Part shown: positions 51,460 through 62,672 of the stretch, in pieces
Layout: the number at the start of each line of letters is the position of its first letter
Numbering within the stretch: position 1 is the first letter of the stretch
DNA from: an uncultured Christensenellaceae bacterium
GTDB lineage: Bacteria > Bacillota > Clostridia > Christensenellales > UBA3700
Reading direction: 5' to 3'
NCBI GenBank assembly: GCA_944383905.1
Contig: CALWRI010000010.1
Span: 1,589-65,588, forward strand
DNA: 64,000 nt
Notes under the pieces: model-generated
Told to the model about the DNA's origin: nothing
The model's input: the letters and a program-made list of their open reading frames with translations, nothing else
Database searches by the model: none
Program-made: the position numbers and the translations under genes

Positions 51460-52863
51460 ATGTCGCGCAAACTCAACGAAGAATGCGGTATTTTCGGTAT
51501 CTACAACAAATCGGGCATCAGACAGCTTGGCAATCTCGTCTATTTCGGTCTCTTCGCCCTTCAGCACCGCGGTCAGGAAGCCGCCGGCATAGCCATCAAC
51601 AGAGACGGCAACGTCGTGATCCAGAAGAGCCTCGGTCTCGTCAGCGATGTCTTCAAGGACTCCCCGATGATCTCCATGGACGGCGACATCGCGGTCGGTC
51701 ACGTCAGATACTCGACGACCGGCAGCAATACGCAGGAAAACGCTCAACCCCTTTGCGCAAAATACTACAAAGGATCGCTCACGATCGCTCACAACGGCAA
51801 TATCTGCAACGCGGACAAGCTGCGCAAAGAGCTTTCCGAACAGGGATCCATATTCCACTCCACCAACGACAGCGAGATAATAGCGTATCTCATCGCAAAA
51901 GCGCGCATACATACCAAGTCGATCGAAGAAGCGGTCAAAGCGATCGTTCCGATGCTCGAAGGTTCCTTCTCCCTGCTCGTCATGAGCCCGCGCAAACTCA
52001 TCGCGGTAAGAGATCCTCACGGCATCCGTCCTCTCTGCATGGGCAAGATCAAGGACAGCATCGTCTTTGCCAGCGAGTCCTGCGCTCTCGACACCGTGGG
52101 CGCGACATTCGTCAGAGACGTCAAGCCGGGCGAGATATACGTCGTCAATCAGACGGGCGAATTTTCTATGGAAGATTACTGCAACCGTCCTTCCGCGCTG
52201 TGCATATTCGAGCATATTTACTTTGCCCGTCCCGACAGCGTCATCGACGGACAAAGCGTCAACGAAGCGCGCGTCGAAGCGGGTAAAATGCTCGCCAAAC
52301 AGCACCCCGTCGAAGCAGACGTCGTCATCGGCGTGCCCGACAGCGGTCTTTCAAGCGCGATAGGCTATTCCATACAGAGCGGCATCCCCTACGGCGTCGG
52401 TCTCATCAAGAACAGATACATCGGCAGGACGTTCATCCAGCCGTCGCAGGCAATGAGAGAAAGAAGCGTCGCGCTCAAACTCAACGTACTCAAAGCCAAT
52501 ATCGACGGCAAACGCGTCATCGTTATCGACGACTCGATCGTCAGAGGCACGACGCTCGCCAACATAATCAAAATGCTCAAAAAAGGCGGTGCGACCGAGG
52601 TCCACGTCCGTATAAGCAGCCCCAAATTCATATATCCCTGCTTCTTCGGCACCGATATTCCCGACAGAAGCCAGCTCGCAAGCGTCAATTACACCCACGA
52701 CGAGCTGTGCAGGAAGATAGGCGCGGATTCTCTGGGCTTCCTCGATACCGACAGCGTGGACGAGATCGCAAAGTTCAGCAAAGTCTCCTTCTGCAAGGCT
52801 TGCTTTACCGGCAACTACCCGTGTCCCGTCCCCGAGAGCGTCAACAAAACGGAGTTTGAATAA
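51460..52863 (+). CDS. purF: Amidophosphoribosyltransferase
   Basis: EECGIFG, LQHRGQE, GHVRYST, IDDSIVRGTT, Fe-S cysteines. Confidence 0.97.
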   Translation: MSRKLNEECGIFGIYNKSGIRQLGNLVYFGLFALQHRGQEAAGIAINRDGNVVIQKSLGLVSDVFKDSPMISMDGDIAVGHVRYSTTGSNTQENAQPLCAKYYKGSLTIAHNGNICNADKLRKELSEQGSIFHSTNDSEIIAYLIAKARIHTKSIEEAVKAIVPMLEGSFSLLVMSPRKLIAVRDPHGIRPLCMGKIKDSIVFASESCALDTVGATFVRDVKPGEIYVVNQTGEFSMEDYCNRPSALCIFEHIYFARPDSVIDGQSVNEARVEAGKMLAKQHPVEADVVIGVPDSGLSSAIGYSIQSGIPYGVGLIKNRYIGRTFIQPSQAMRERSVALKLNVLKANIDGKRVIVIDDSIVRGTTLANIIKMLKKGGATEVHVRISSPKFIYPCFFGTDIPDRSQLASVNYTHDELCRKIGADSLGFLDTDSVDEIAKFSKVSFCKACFTGNYPCPVPESVNKTEFE

Positions 52864-52865
52864 TT

Positions 52866-53837
52866 ATGACAGACCTCCTGCAAACGGAAATCAAAATAAA
52901 ATATCTGAAAGACAGCTTTGAGCGCCTGCTCGCGTCAAAGCTCAACCTCACGCGCGTCTCCGCTCCCCTCTTCGTGCTCGAAGAAAGCGGACTCAACGAC
53001 AACCTCAACGGCGTCGAGCGCGCGGTATCGTTCGATATTAAGCAGACGGGCAAGGTCGCGGAAGTCGTCCACAGCCTCGCAAAATGGAAGAGATACGCTC
53101 TCCACGAATACGGTTTCGAGCCGCAGAGCGGTCTCTATACCGACATGAACGCGATACGTCGCGACGAAGTGTGCGACAATCTGCACTCTGTATACGTCGA
53201 TCAGTGGGATTGGGAAAAGGTCATCACCAAAGAGGACAGGACGGAAGAATATCTCAGATCCACGGTGGAAAAGATATACGAAGCGCTCAAAGAGTGCATG
53301 AACGCGCTCGAAGGACATTTCGGCGAAAAGACCACGTCTCTGCCCGACAAGATCACTTTTGTGACAACGCAACAGCTCGAAGATATGTACCCCGATCTCG
53401 CTCCGTCGCAGAGAGAGACGGAGTTTGTCAGAAAATGCGGCGCAATGTTTCTCATGCAGATCGGCGGCAAGCTCCGAAGCGGCAAAAAGCACGACGGAAG
53501 AGCTCCCGACTACGACGACTGGTCGCTCAACGGAGACATCGTCCTCTACTATCCCGTGCTCGACAGAGCTTTCGAGATCTCCTCGATGGGCATACGCGTC
53601 GACAAGGATTCTCTGATAAAGCAGCTCGAGCTCGAAGGTCAGATGCAGAGACTTGAATTCCCCTTCCACAAAGCGCTCGTAAACGGCACTCTCCCGCTCA
53701 CGATCGGCGGCGGTATCGGTCAGTCGAGACTGTGTATGTTCCTGCTCGGCAAACGTCATATCGGCGAAGTTCAGTCTTCGATATGGCCGCAGGAAATGGT
53801 CGAGGATTGCAAAAAACAAGGCATTACGTTGCTGTAA
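52866..53837 (+). CDS. asnA: Aspartate-ammonia ligase
   Basis: HSLAKWKR, VDQWDWE, RAPDYDDW, IGGGIGQSR. Confidence 0.97.
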   Translation: MTDLLQTEIKIKYLKDSFERLLASKLNLTRVSAPLFVLEESGLNDNLNGVERAVSFDIKQTGKVAEVVHSLAKWKRYALHEYGFEPQSGLYTDMNAIRRDEVCDNLHSVYVDQWDWEKVITKEDRTEEYLRSTVEKIYEALKECMNALEGHFGEKTTSLPDKITFVTTQQLEDMYPDLAPSQRETEFVRKCGAMFLMQIGGKLRSGKKHDGRAPDYDDWSLNGDIVLYYPVLDRAFEISSMGIRVDKDSLIKQLELEGQMQRLEFPFHKALVNGTLPLTIGGGIGQSRLCMFLLGKRHIGEVQSSIWPQEMVEDCKKQGITLL

Positions 53838-53936
53838 AATCATCGGCACAAACAAAAAGAACGGCGCTTGCCGTTCTTTTTTGTCCGTTCGCAAAAATAA
53901 AAGCCGCTCCCGAAAGGAACGGCTTTTTCATTATCG

Positions 53937-55724
53937 TTATTCCGCGTCGATAGTCGCCTTGATACGGCGCACGCCCGCGCTCGAAGACTGCTCTTTGAGG
54001 ATCCTGAAGTGCACGAGCTGACCGGTATGCTCCGCGTGAGGACCGCCGCATATCTCCTTGTCCACGCCCTCTATCGTGTAGACTTTGACCATCTCGCCGT
54101 ACCTGCTGCCGAATACACCGACCGCATTCTGCTGACGAGCCTGTTCGATTGTCATCTCCTCGCATACGACGGGGATATCTCTGTTTATCGCGTCGTTTAC
54201 TGCGTCTTCGACCGCCTGTTTTTCCTCTTCGGTCAGAGGTCTGTCGAAGTTGAAGTCAAAACGCAGTCTCTCCGCGGTGATATTGCTGCCCTTTTGCTGA
54301 ATATCGTCTCTGCCGAGCACCTTTTTGAGGCTTCCGAGAAGAAGGTGCGTCGCGGTGTGCAGGTAGGTCGTACGCTTGGAAGTATCCGCGAGTCCGCCCT
54401 TGAATTTCTGTTCCGCGCCCGCCTGCGATTTTTTCTGATGTTCCTCAAACGCCTTGTCGTAACCCTCTTTGTCCACACCGAAGCCGCGCTCTCTGCAAAT
54501 TTCCTCGGTCATCTCGATCGGGAAACCGAAGGTGTCGTAAAGCCTGAAAGCGGTCTTGCCGTTGAGTTTGTCGCCCTGAACGTATTTGAGCACCTTTTCT
54601 ATCTCTTTGAGTCCGTTTTCGAGAGTCTTGGAGAAGCGCTCCTCCTCTTTCGTAAGCTCGTCCACTATCTTTGCGGAATTAGCTTCGAGCTCCGGATATA
54701 CGTCCTTGTATTTGAGAATGTATATCTTTGCGAGATCGACGAGTTTGGTGCTGTCGAAACCTATCTGACGCGCGAACCTGACGCTCCTTCTGATAAGGCG
54801 ACGCAGGACGTATCCCTGATCTACGTTGGACGGCACGACGCCGCGCTCGTCTCCGATGAGGAAGGTCGCCGTGCGGATATGATCCGCAATTATCCTGATA
54901 GCCCTCGTATCCTCGTCGTTTTCGCCGTACTTCTTGCCGCTTTCAGAGCAAATCTTTGCTATAGCGTCGGCGAAAAGGTCGGTTTCGTAAGCGCTCTTGA
55001 GTCCGTTGATCATGCAGACGGTGCGCTCAAGTCCCATACCTGTATCCACGTTCTTCTGTTTGAGCGGCTCGAATTTGCCGTCCGCGGTGCGGTAGAACTC
55101 CATAAATACGTTGTTCCAGATCTCGACCCACTTGCCGCAGTCGCATGAAGGATCGCAGTGGTCGGAACAAGCGGGTTTGCCCGTATCGATAAAGATCTCG
55201 GTATCGCTGCCGCAGGGACCGGTCGCGCCTGCATACCACCAGTTGTTCTTTTTGGGAAGGTAGAAAATCCTGTCCTTGGGTATGCCGTGCTTTTCCCATA
55301 CGCTTGCCGCAAACGTGTCTCTGGGGCAATCCTCGTCGCCCGCAAATACGGTCACGGCAATCTTTTCGACGGGGATCTCAAGCACTTTGGTCAGAAAATC
55401 GAAAGAAAATCCTATCGATTCCTCTTTGAAGTAATCGCCGAGAGACCAGTTGCCGAGCATTTCGAAAAACGTAAGATGAGTCGCGTCTCCGACCTCGTCT
55501 ATATCTCCCGTGCGCACGCACTTCTGCACGTCGGTAAGGCGCTTGCCTGCGGGGTGTTTCTGTCCGAGCAGATAGGGCACGAGCGGATGCATACCCGCCG
55601 TGGTGAACAGTACCGACGGATCGTTTTCGGGTATCAGAGAAGCGGACGGGATTATCGCGTGACCGCGTTCTTTGAAAAACTCGAGATAACTTGAACGGAG
55701 TTGCTCCGATGTCAACTTTTTCAT
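53937..55724 (-). CDS. alaS: Alanine-tRNA ligase, short form (595 aa)
   Basis: LFTTAGM, FFEMLGNWS, DTGMGLER, HTATH, CGGPH, GVRRI. Confidence 0.95.
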   Translation of the reverse strand: MKKLTSEQLRSSYLEFFKERGHAIIPSASLIPENDPSVLFTTAGMHPLVPYLLGQKHPAGKRLTDVQKCVRTGDIDEVGDATHLTFFEMLGNWSLGDYFKEESIGFSFDFLTKVLEIPVEKIAVTVFAGDEDCPRDTFAASVWEKHGIPKDRIFYLPKKNNWWYAGATGPCGSDTEIFIDTGKPACSDHCDPSCDCGKWVEIWNNVFMEFYRTADGKFEPLKQKNVDTGMGLERTVCMINGLKSAYETDLFADAIAKICSESGKKYGENDEDTRAIRIIADHIRTATFLIGDERGVVPSNVDQGYVLRRLIRRSVRFARQIGFDSTKLVDLAKIYILKYKDVYPELEANSAKIVDELTKEEERFSKTLENGLKEIEKVLKYVQGDKLNGKTAFRLYDTFGFPIEMTEEICRERGFGVDKEGYDKAFEEHQKKSQAGAEQKFKGGLADTSKRTTYLHTATHLLLGSLKKVLGRDDIQQKGSNITAERLRFDFNFDRPLTEEEKQAVEDAVNDAINRDIPVVCEEMTIEQARQQNAVGVFGSRYGEMVKVYTIEGVDKEICGGPHAEHTGQLVHFRILKEQSSSAGVRRIKATIDAE

Positions 55725-55747
55725 AATGAAATACCTCTTTTTGACTT

Positions 55748-57868
55748 TTATTCGTAGAAAAGTATATCAGCGTAAGTCGGGAAAGGCCACATTTCTTTGG
55801 GAGTGACGCTCTCCAGCTTGTCCGAATAGTCGCGCAGCCTTTCCATGACGAGTTTTACCCTGTCGCGGAAAAGTATCGCCTGTTTCTTTGTGTCCGTTGC
55901 CGCAAACGCTCCGTCCTTTGCCGTCTGCAATGCGTCGATATTCTCCTTGAGACCTTTGACGAGCGCGCTGACGTTTTTGAGCATGGACGTCTGCACCGCC
56001 GCAAGCTCCGGATCGATTTTGCTTATCTCGTTTGCCTGCTTTGCGAGGGTGTATTGCCAGCGCATAACCGCGGGCAGGATCTGGCTTCTCGCCATGAGAA
56101 GCGCCGTTTCCGCCTCGATGTTCGCGCTCTTGACGTAGTTGTCGAGATATATCGCGCGGCGGCTTTCCATCTCCTTTACGGAAAGAAGGTTGTGTTTGAG
56201 GAAAAGCTCCATATTCTTGGGCTTGACCATCGCCTCGTAAGCGTCCACGCTGTTCATCGCAGTGTCGAGCCCGCGCTTTTTCGCCTCTTTCGCCCATTCC
56301 CTGCTGTAATTGTTGCCGTTGAATATTATGCGTTTGTGCTCGACGTAAGTCGTCTTTACGAGTTCGAGAATAGCCTTGTCAAGGTCCTTTTTCGCAACTC
56401 CCTCCAGCTTGTCCGCCATTCTCGAAAGCATCTCCGCGGTCATCGCGTTCATTATAAGAGTCGGCGTGGAGAGCGTTGCGGAGCTTCCTACCATTCTGAA
56501 TTCGAATTTATTGCCCGTAAACGCAAACGGCGACGTGCGGTTACGGTCGGACGTATCTCTGCGCAACTGCGCGACGTAGTTGACGCCCATGTTTATATAT
56601 TGTTTGGTCGCGCTTGCTATCGTATGCCCCTCGCTGATATCGTCGAGAAGGGTCTGCATGTCTTCTCCGATGAATACGGATATGATAGAAGGCGGTGCCT
56701 CGTGTCCTCCGAGTCTCCAATCGTTGCCGAGGCTGGACGCGCTCATACGGAGCAGATCGTAGTATTCGTCGACGCCGGCGATCACCGCAAGGAAGAACAG
56801 AAGAAACACTTTGTTTTCCGCGGGATTGCTGCCCGGTTTGAGGAGATTGAGTCCCGTATCCGTCCCCAGAGAATAGTTGCAGTGCTTGCCGCTGCCGTTT
56901 ATGCCCGCAAACGGCTTTTCGTGCAGGAGACAAGCGAGTCCTCTGCTGTCGGCGACCTTTTTCATCGTCTCCATTATGAGCTGATTCTGATCCGTCGCTA
57001 TATTTGCCTGACAGAATATCGGAGCGAGCTCGTGCTGCGCGGGAGCGACCTCGTTGTGCTGCGTCTTTGCGGTTATACCCAGCTTCCACAGCTCCTCGTT
57101 GAGGTCTGCCATAAAGTCGCTGACCCTGTCGCGTATACTCGCGTAATATTGGTCGTTTTTCTCCTGACCTTTGGGGGGCATGGCTCCGAAAAGGGTGCGC
57201 CCGGTAAACTCAAGATCGTACCTCATATCGAAGTCCTTTTTGTCGACGAGGAAATACTCCTGTTCTCCGCCGACGTTTGCGACGACCCTGTTCGCCTCTA
57301 TACCGAGGATCTTGAGCAATCTCAACCCCTCTCTGTTGATCGCTTCCATGGATTTGAGCAGCGGGGTCTTCTTGTCGAGCGCCTCGCCCGTATACGAACA
57401 GAACGCGGTGGGTATGCAAAGCACGCCTGCGCCGTCCTTGGACTTCTTTATGAACGCGGGAGACGAACAATCCCACGCGGTGTAGCCGCGCGCCTCGAAT
57501 GTCGCCCTGATGCCTCCCGACGGGAAGCTGGACGCGTCCGCCTCGCCCTTGCGCAGGTTGCTGCCCGTAAATTCGAGGATGGGATTGCCGCTTTTGTCGA
57601 TCGAAATAAAACTGTCGTGTTTTTCCGCCGTCGTACCCGTCAGAGGCTGAAACCAGTGCGTGTAGTGAGTCGCGCCGTTTTCACAGCTCCACTCCTTCAT
57701 CGCTTCGGCGACCTTGTTTGCCAGCTCTTTCTCAAGCGGCTTGCCTTGATCGATAACCTCTTTTAGTTCTTTGTAAGTGTCCGCCGACAGATACTTTTTC
57801 ATCACGCTGTCGTTGAAGACGTGACAGCCGAAGAAATCAGTGATCTTCTTGCTTTCGGTAATTCTCAT
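55748..57868 (-). CDS. glnA: Glutamine synthetase type III
   Basis: HWFQPLTG..AEKHD, TFEARGYTAWD, HNEVAP, DRNRTSPFAFTGNKFEFR. Confidence 0.95.
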   Translation of the reverse strand: MRITESKKITDFFGCHVFNDSVMKKYLSADTYKELKEVIDQGKPLEKELANKVAEAMKEWSCENGATHYTHWFQPLTGTTAEKHDSFISIDKSGNPILEFTGSNLRKGEADASSFPSGGIRATFEARGYTAWDCSSPAFIKKSKDGAGVLCIPTAFCSYTGEALDKKTPLLKSMEAINREGLRLLKILGIEANRVVANVGGEQEYFLVDKKDFDMRYDLEFTGRTLFGAMPPKGQEKNDQYYASIRDRVSDFMADLNEELWKLGITAKTQHNEVAPAQHELAPIFCQANIATDQNQLIMETMKKVADSRGLACLLHEKPFAGINGSGKHCNYSLGTDTGLNLLKPGSNPAENKVFLLFFLAVIAGVDEYYDLLRMSASSLGNDWRLGGHEAPPSIISVFIGEDMQTLLDDISEGHTIASATKQYINMGVNYVAQLRRDTSDRNRTSPFAFTGNKFEFRMVGSSATLSTPTLIMNAMTAEMLSRMADKLEGVAKKDLDKAILELVKTTYVEHKRIIFNGNNYSREWAKEAKKRGLDTAMNSVDAYEAMVKPKNMELFLKHNLLSVKEMESRRAIYLDNYVKSANIEAETALLMARSQILPAVMRWQYTLAKQANEISKIDPELAAVQTSMLKNVSALVKGLKENIDALQTAKDGAFAATDTKKQAILFRDRVKLVMERLRDYSDKLESVTPKEMWPFPTYADILFYE

Positions 57869-58124
57869 ATGTACCTCCGGATAATCGCCGCTGTTTACGA
57901 CAACATTATTATATATAATAGCTCGTCAAATGGCAAACACTTGAATTGTCTTTTATATAAATATTTTAACTTTTCGCAGTTTTCACAAAACATGTCTTTA
58001 TAAAATCGGCGTCTTTGGCGGTCGTACCGTCAAAGACGCCTTGCACGCATTTCTATTAGTTATTATTTTGTCTTTTTTTCGCTTAAGCCGTCACGAAAAA
58101 AACTCTGCCGCCCTTCTCTTGCCG

Positions 58125-60539
58125 TCACTCGGTGCGCAAAGCCTCGACGGGATCTTTCTTTGCAGCCACGGATGACGGAACGAGACCCGCTATGAGCGTG
58201 AGCACAAAGCTGACCACGATCATGAGCAGCGCGTGCCACGGCGACAATACGCAGAGATTGTTTATCTCGACGAGATGATTTATTATTAGATTTATCGGCA
58301 GACTCAATATATAAGTCACGATCACGCCGATGACGCCAGCGAGCAATCCGACGATGAAGGTCTCCGCATTGAACACGTTTGAGATGTCTATCTTCCTCGC
58401 TCCGAGGCTGCGCAGTATGCCTATTTCCTTTGTCCTTTCCACGACGGAAACGTATGTTATTATGCCTATCATCACCGAGGAGACGACCAGCGAGATCGCC
58501 GCAAAAGCAACAAGCACTATTGATATGAGCCTTATTATCTCGTTGAGCATACTCGTCGCCATCTCCGACATATCGACGTAAACGACTTTCTCGTCGGGGT
58601 TCTCTGCGTTCCATGCGTCGAGATAAGAGAGTATCGCCTCTTTGCCTTCAAAGTCCTTGGGGTAAATGTTCATGCCCGTCGGAGTGTTGTCTCCGCCCAG
58701 CTTCTGCATTGCCTTGCGGTAGGTGCTTGTTTCGGTGAAAGCATTGCCCGTCGTAACGTCTTTTTCGGTGTTCTGCGCTTGCGCGAGCGCTACCTGCGAT
58801 TGCGAGTTGACTTCGAGCAGATATTGAGTGAGCTCGCTCGTGTAATTTATGCCCGAAGAAAGAAGCGCGAGTTGCGTACCTTCTTTGGGACGGAGCACGC
58901 CGACGACCTCTATTTCGAGATTCGTGTCGCTCTCAGGCGCCTCATAAAGCGCTTTGAGCTGTGCGTCCGAGCTCTTTGCTTCGAAATAACCGTCTTCGCC
59001 CTCTATATACAGATCGTCGTTTGCGACGACGCGGAGTTTCGTGCCGAGAACGTCGTCAAAGCTCACCTTGCTCTGCGTGGGTTTGAACCCGAGTCCGAGC
59101 AATACGCTGATGTTGGATTGGTTGTAAGAATCGACGACGAGCACGACCTGGTTCTTATTCTGCGGGAAGGAGCCCGCTATCAGATCGTACTGACTCATGA
59201 TGAAATCCTCTCCGCCGATCATTTCACTCCAACCGATGTTAGGCTGCGGATCTTCCATATCCATACTGAAGCTGAACGATCCCGAGCTGTTGACCTGCTT
59301 GTAACTCACGTTGCCGAGAAGACTGACGGTTTTTCCCACGACCGTCATATTCATTCCGTAGGAATAGGTCACGCTGCTCGCCCAGCCGTTTTCCTCGACT
59401 TTTGCGACATAATCTATATATTCCTGTCCGAAGTCGTTTTGTATGATCGCGCCCGTGATCATGTCGAGAGCGTTGTACTGGTATATCGTGTCGCCGTCGG
59501 GATACCGCTGCTTTTTGTCGCTGCCCGATGTGCCGCCCATAAACATATTGAGAAGCACGTTGGTGTCAAGAGTCTCCTGCGCTATCTGCACCGGATAACC
59601 CGAAAGCACGGTCTTTTGCAGATCTTCGACGTAACCGGAAAAACCGTTGGATATCGCAAGCACGAGGCATACGCCGATTATGCCTATACTGCCCGCGATC
59701 GAGGTCATAAGCGTCCTGCCTTTCTTGGTCATCAGATTCTTGAAAGAAAGTTTTATCGCGGTCGAATAGCTCATCGACGTCTTTTTGAGCTTCTTTTTCT
59801 TCTCCTTTGCGGTCGCGTTGAACTCCTCGCTCTTTTCGGCAATCGTCTCGTCTTCCGATCCGTCGTAGGGCATCGTGTCGCCGATTATCTCGCCGTCCTT
59901 TACGCTGACGATACGGGTGGAATACTTTTCGGCAAGCTCCTGATTGTGAGTCACCATTATCACCAGCTTCGTGCGCGAGATCTCTTTGAGCAGATCCATG
60001 ACCTGAATGCTGGTCGCGCTGTCGAGCGCGCCCGTGGGTTCGTCCGCAAGGATTATCTCGGGATTGTTGACTATCGCGCGGGCAATGGAGACCCTTTGCA
60101 TCTGCCCGCCCGAAAGCTGATTGGGCAGCTTTTTTATCTGTTCCTCGAGCCCGACGGTGCGCAACGCTTCTTCCGCGCGGCGCTTTCTTTCCGCAAGCGG
60201 AACGCCGGACAAAGTCATCGCCATCGCCACGTTGTCGAGTATCGAAAGATGTTGTATCAGATTGTAGCTCTGAAACACAAAGCCTATTCTGATATTGCGG
60301 TAGGTATCCCAGTCGACGTCCTTGTATTTCTTCGTCGAAACGCCGTCGATGAGCATATCCCCGTCCGTGTACCTGTCCAGACCGCCGATGATATTGAGCA
60401 TCGTGGTCTTGCCGCAGCCGCTGTGCCCGAGCACGGAGACGAATTCGGTACGACGGAATTCGAGATCTATCCCTTTAAGCGCGTGGACAACCCCGTCTCC
60501 CGATTTGTAATCCTTTGTGATCCCAACAAGTTTAAGCAT
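58125..60539 (-). CDS. MacB-like ABC transporter, fused ATPase and FtsX permease
   Basis: [40 protein letters not shown]. Confidence 0.92.
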   Translation of the reverse strand: MLKLVGITKDYKSGDGVVHALKGIDLEFRRTEFVSVLGHSGCGKTTMLNIIGGLDRYTDGDMLIDGVSTKKYKDVDWDTYRNIRIGFVFQSYNLIQHLSILDNVAMAMTLSGVPLAERKRRAEEALRTVGLEEQIKKLPNQLSGGQMQRVSIARAIVNNPEIILADEPTGALDSATSIQVMDLLKEISRTKLVIMVTHNQELAEKYSTRIVSVKDGEIIGDTMPYDGSEDETIAEKSEEFNATAKEKKKKLKKTSMSYSTAIKLSFKNLMTKKGRTLMTSIAGSIGIIGVCLVLAISNGFSGYVEDLQKTVLSGYPVQIAQETLDTNVLLNMFMGGTSGSDKKQRYPDGDTIYQYNALDMITGAIIQNDFGQEYIDYVAKVEENGWASSVTYSYGMNMTVVGKTVSLLGNVSYKQVNSSGSFSFSMDMEDPQPNIGWSEMIGGEDFIMSQYDLIAGSFPQNKNQVVLVVDSYNQSNISVLLGLGFKPTQSKVSFDDVLGTKLRVVANDDLYIEGEDGYFEAKSSDAQLKALYEAPESDTNLEIEVVGVLRPKEGTQLALLSSGINYTSELTQYLLEVNSQSQVALAQAQNTEKDVTTGNAFTETSTYRKAMQKLGGDNTPTGMNIYPKDFEGKEAILSYLDAWNAENPDEKVVYVDMSEMATSMLNEIIRLISIVLVAFAAISLVVSSVMIGIITYVSVVERTKEIGILRSLGARKIDISNVFNAETFIVGLLAGVIGVIVTYILSLPINLIINHLVEINNLCVLSPWHALLMIVVSFVLTLIAGLVPSSVAAKKDPVEALRTE

Positions 60540-60717
60540 GAGAGTAACTCCTTGATTCGTATCTTTATTGTATGCGCGCGAGCGGGCAATGTCAATCCGT
60601 TGCCTTTGAGACAACCCTCTTCTTACCTATTTTTTACACACCCGGGCACAACTTTAATTAACCTTAAAAAAACCGCGTCGCAAAGTGCGGCGCGGCGAAA
60701 AACGAAAGATTTATCTT

Positions 60718-61686
60718 TCATACGGCTGTCAGAGTCTCGCCCGTGAGCGCGGATTGATACATCATCCAATATCCTCTGCCTCCCTTTTCGACCTCGAGCC
60801 ACTGACGACAGCCCTCCCTTTCGTCGGGCGGATTTGTAGCGTCGTCGTCAGGTATGCCGTAACAAATAAACTCCGCGGGATCGCCGACGACTCCCACGAC
60901 GTACCAGCCGTCTTCCGCCTTTACTCTCGCCCAGCGCGAATCGGGTATCAGCGCTGTCAGTTCTTCGTCTTTTTCGTTTTCTTCAAATAGCTTTTCGATC
61001 TTGTCCGCTATCTTGTCGAAAAATCTCCCGTTCTCTTTCTCTTCACCCTTCGGGCTTTCGGAGACGGCTTTCTCTTCTTTTGTCTTCTCATCTTTTTCTT
61101 CCCCGACCTTTTCCGTCTTCTCCGCCGGTTCCCCGGTTTCCTCTACGGTTTCGGCTTTGACGTCTTCTTCCGCGGCGCTTTTTTCACGCGCTTCAGCTTC
61201 CGAGTCCGTCCTTTCGTCTTTTACGACTTCCTGCGTCTCGACCGACTCCGCCTGCTCCGCGGCGCTCTCTTCACGCGCATCCGCGTCCGAGTCCGTCCTT
61301 TCGTCTTTTACGACTTCCTGCGTCTCGACCGACTCCGCCTGCTCCGCAACGCTCTCCTTCTGCGCCGCGACGAGAAAATCCTCGAGCGGCGTATAGTCGT
61401 AACCACGCCTCGTCGCACCCGCGCAAAGCACCCTCGTCTCTCCGTCCGCGACTATCGCCGCGCAGTCTCCCGCGAGATCCGTCCTCGCGAGATATATCCT
61501 GTCGGAACAAGGTCTGACGAGTCTCATTTCGTCACCGACAGCCACTACCGCGTAAAGATCCTTTCGCCCGCCCGTCAGATTTATTCTGACGTCCGATCTG
61601 TCCCTGAAACACTCGAACCTTGCCACTCCGCTTATTCCTTGCGCGCCTCTCGGCGACAGCACCGCAGTCTTTTTTACCAAAATCAT
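60718..61686 (-). CDS. Hypothetical protein with acidic repetitive linker
   Basis: GGAGG RBS; two folded-looking domains separated by an E/K-rich linker. Confidence 0.75.
   Translation of the reverse strand: MILVKKTAVLSPRGAQGISGVARFECFRDRSDVRINLTGGRKDLYAVVAVGDEMRLVRPCSDRIYLARTDLAGDCAAIVADGETRVLCAGATRRGYDYTPLEDFLVAAQKESVAEQAESVETQEVVKDERTDSDADAREESAAEQAESVETQEVVKDERTDSEAEAREKSAAEEDVKAETVEETGEPAEKTEKVGEEKDEKTKEEKAVSESPKGEEKENGRFFDKIADKIEKLFEENEKDEELTALIPDSRWARVKAEDGWYVVGVVGDPAEFICYGIPDDDATNPPDEREGCRQWLEVEKGGRGYWMMYQSALTGETLTAV
61169..61356. repeat. 87-bp (29-aa) in-frame tandem repeat
   Basis: Identical 62-bp cores at 61199-61260 and 61286-61347; AEQAESVETQEVVKDERTDS twice. Confidence 0.9.
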
Positions 61687-61853
61687 ATTGCACCTCCGCT
61701 GTTTGTCGTCGAGATAATATATGCCGAAAACCCGCCGCGTATAACGCGCCGCAAAAAGTGACTTTTATTTCTCTTTTTTTGCAAAAAGCGACGAAAAAAG
61801 CCGCCTTCCCAAGGCGGCGCAAAACACATTAAATGTGCATTAATCTACACGGG

Positions 61854-62672
61854 TCAGATAAATTTGCTCAATCTGACAAAGTCTTCCACGTCGAGAGTCT
61901 CTCCCCTTGCGGTTGCTAAAAAACCCGCCTTCGTTATCGCGTTCACGGCGTCTTCCTTGCTCAACGAAAACGCCGACGACAGATTGTTGGCAAGCGTCTT
62001 TCTCCTCATCGCGAACGCGGCGCGAATGAGCTTTTTTATCTTTTCCTTGTCCTCTCCCGAAAACCTGTCGTGCATTGTCACCGTGACAACGCAGCTATCC
62101 ACGTTGGGCACGGGATAAAACATTCTTCTCGGCACAATGCGGGTTATCGCCGCGTCGCCTTCCAGCCTTACCGCAGCGGTTATCGCGCCGTATTCCGCGC
62201 TGCCCGCCGCCGCGACCAGCCTGTCCCCGACCTCCTTCTGCACCATCACGGTTATGCTTGCGGGTCTGTTGTCGCATTCAATAAAACGCATTATGACGGG
62301 GGTGGTTATATAATAAGGAAGGTTGGCGACCAGCTTGTAATTCCTGCCGACCGCACTCTCTATCTCCGCGTCCGTGACCTTGCAGACGTCCTTGAAAACG
62401 ACTTCCGCATTCGGACTGTCCGCGAGAATTTCTTTCAGAACGGGGCGCAGATTTTCGTCTATCTCGTAGGCGACGACCTTTTTTGCCGCTCTCGCGAGTC
62501 TCGACGTCAGAGTCCCCGCTCCCGGTCCTATTTCGAGCACCGTGTCGTCCGCATTGATGCCCGCGTCCGTGACGATCGCGTCGAGAAGGTTCGTATCGGT
62601 GATGAAATTCTGCCCGAAACGCTTGTTGAATCTGAACGAATTTTTTGCGAGTACGTCTTTTATCTCACTCAT
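61854..62672 (-). CDS. rsmA: 16S rRNA dimethyltransferase
   Basis: FGQNF, EIGPGAG, ANLPYYITTP, RRKTL. Confidence 0.97.
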   Translation of the reverse strand: MSEIKDVLAKNSFRFNKRFGQNFITDTNLLDAIVTDAGINADDTVLEIGPGAGTLTSRLARAAKKVVAYEIDENLRPVLKEILADSPNAEVVFKDVCKVTDAEIESAVGRNYKLVANLPYYITTPVIMRFIECDNRPASITVMVQKEVGDRLVAAAGSAEYGAITAAVRLEGDAAITRIVPRRMFYPVPNVDSCVVTVTMHDRFSGEDKEKIKKLIRAAFAMRRKTLANNLSSAFSLSKEDAVNAITKAGFLATARGETLDVEDFVRLSKFI

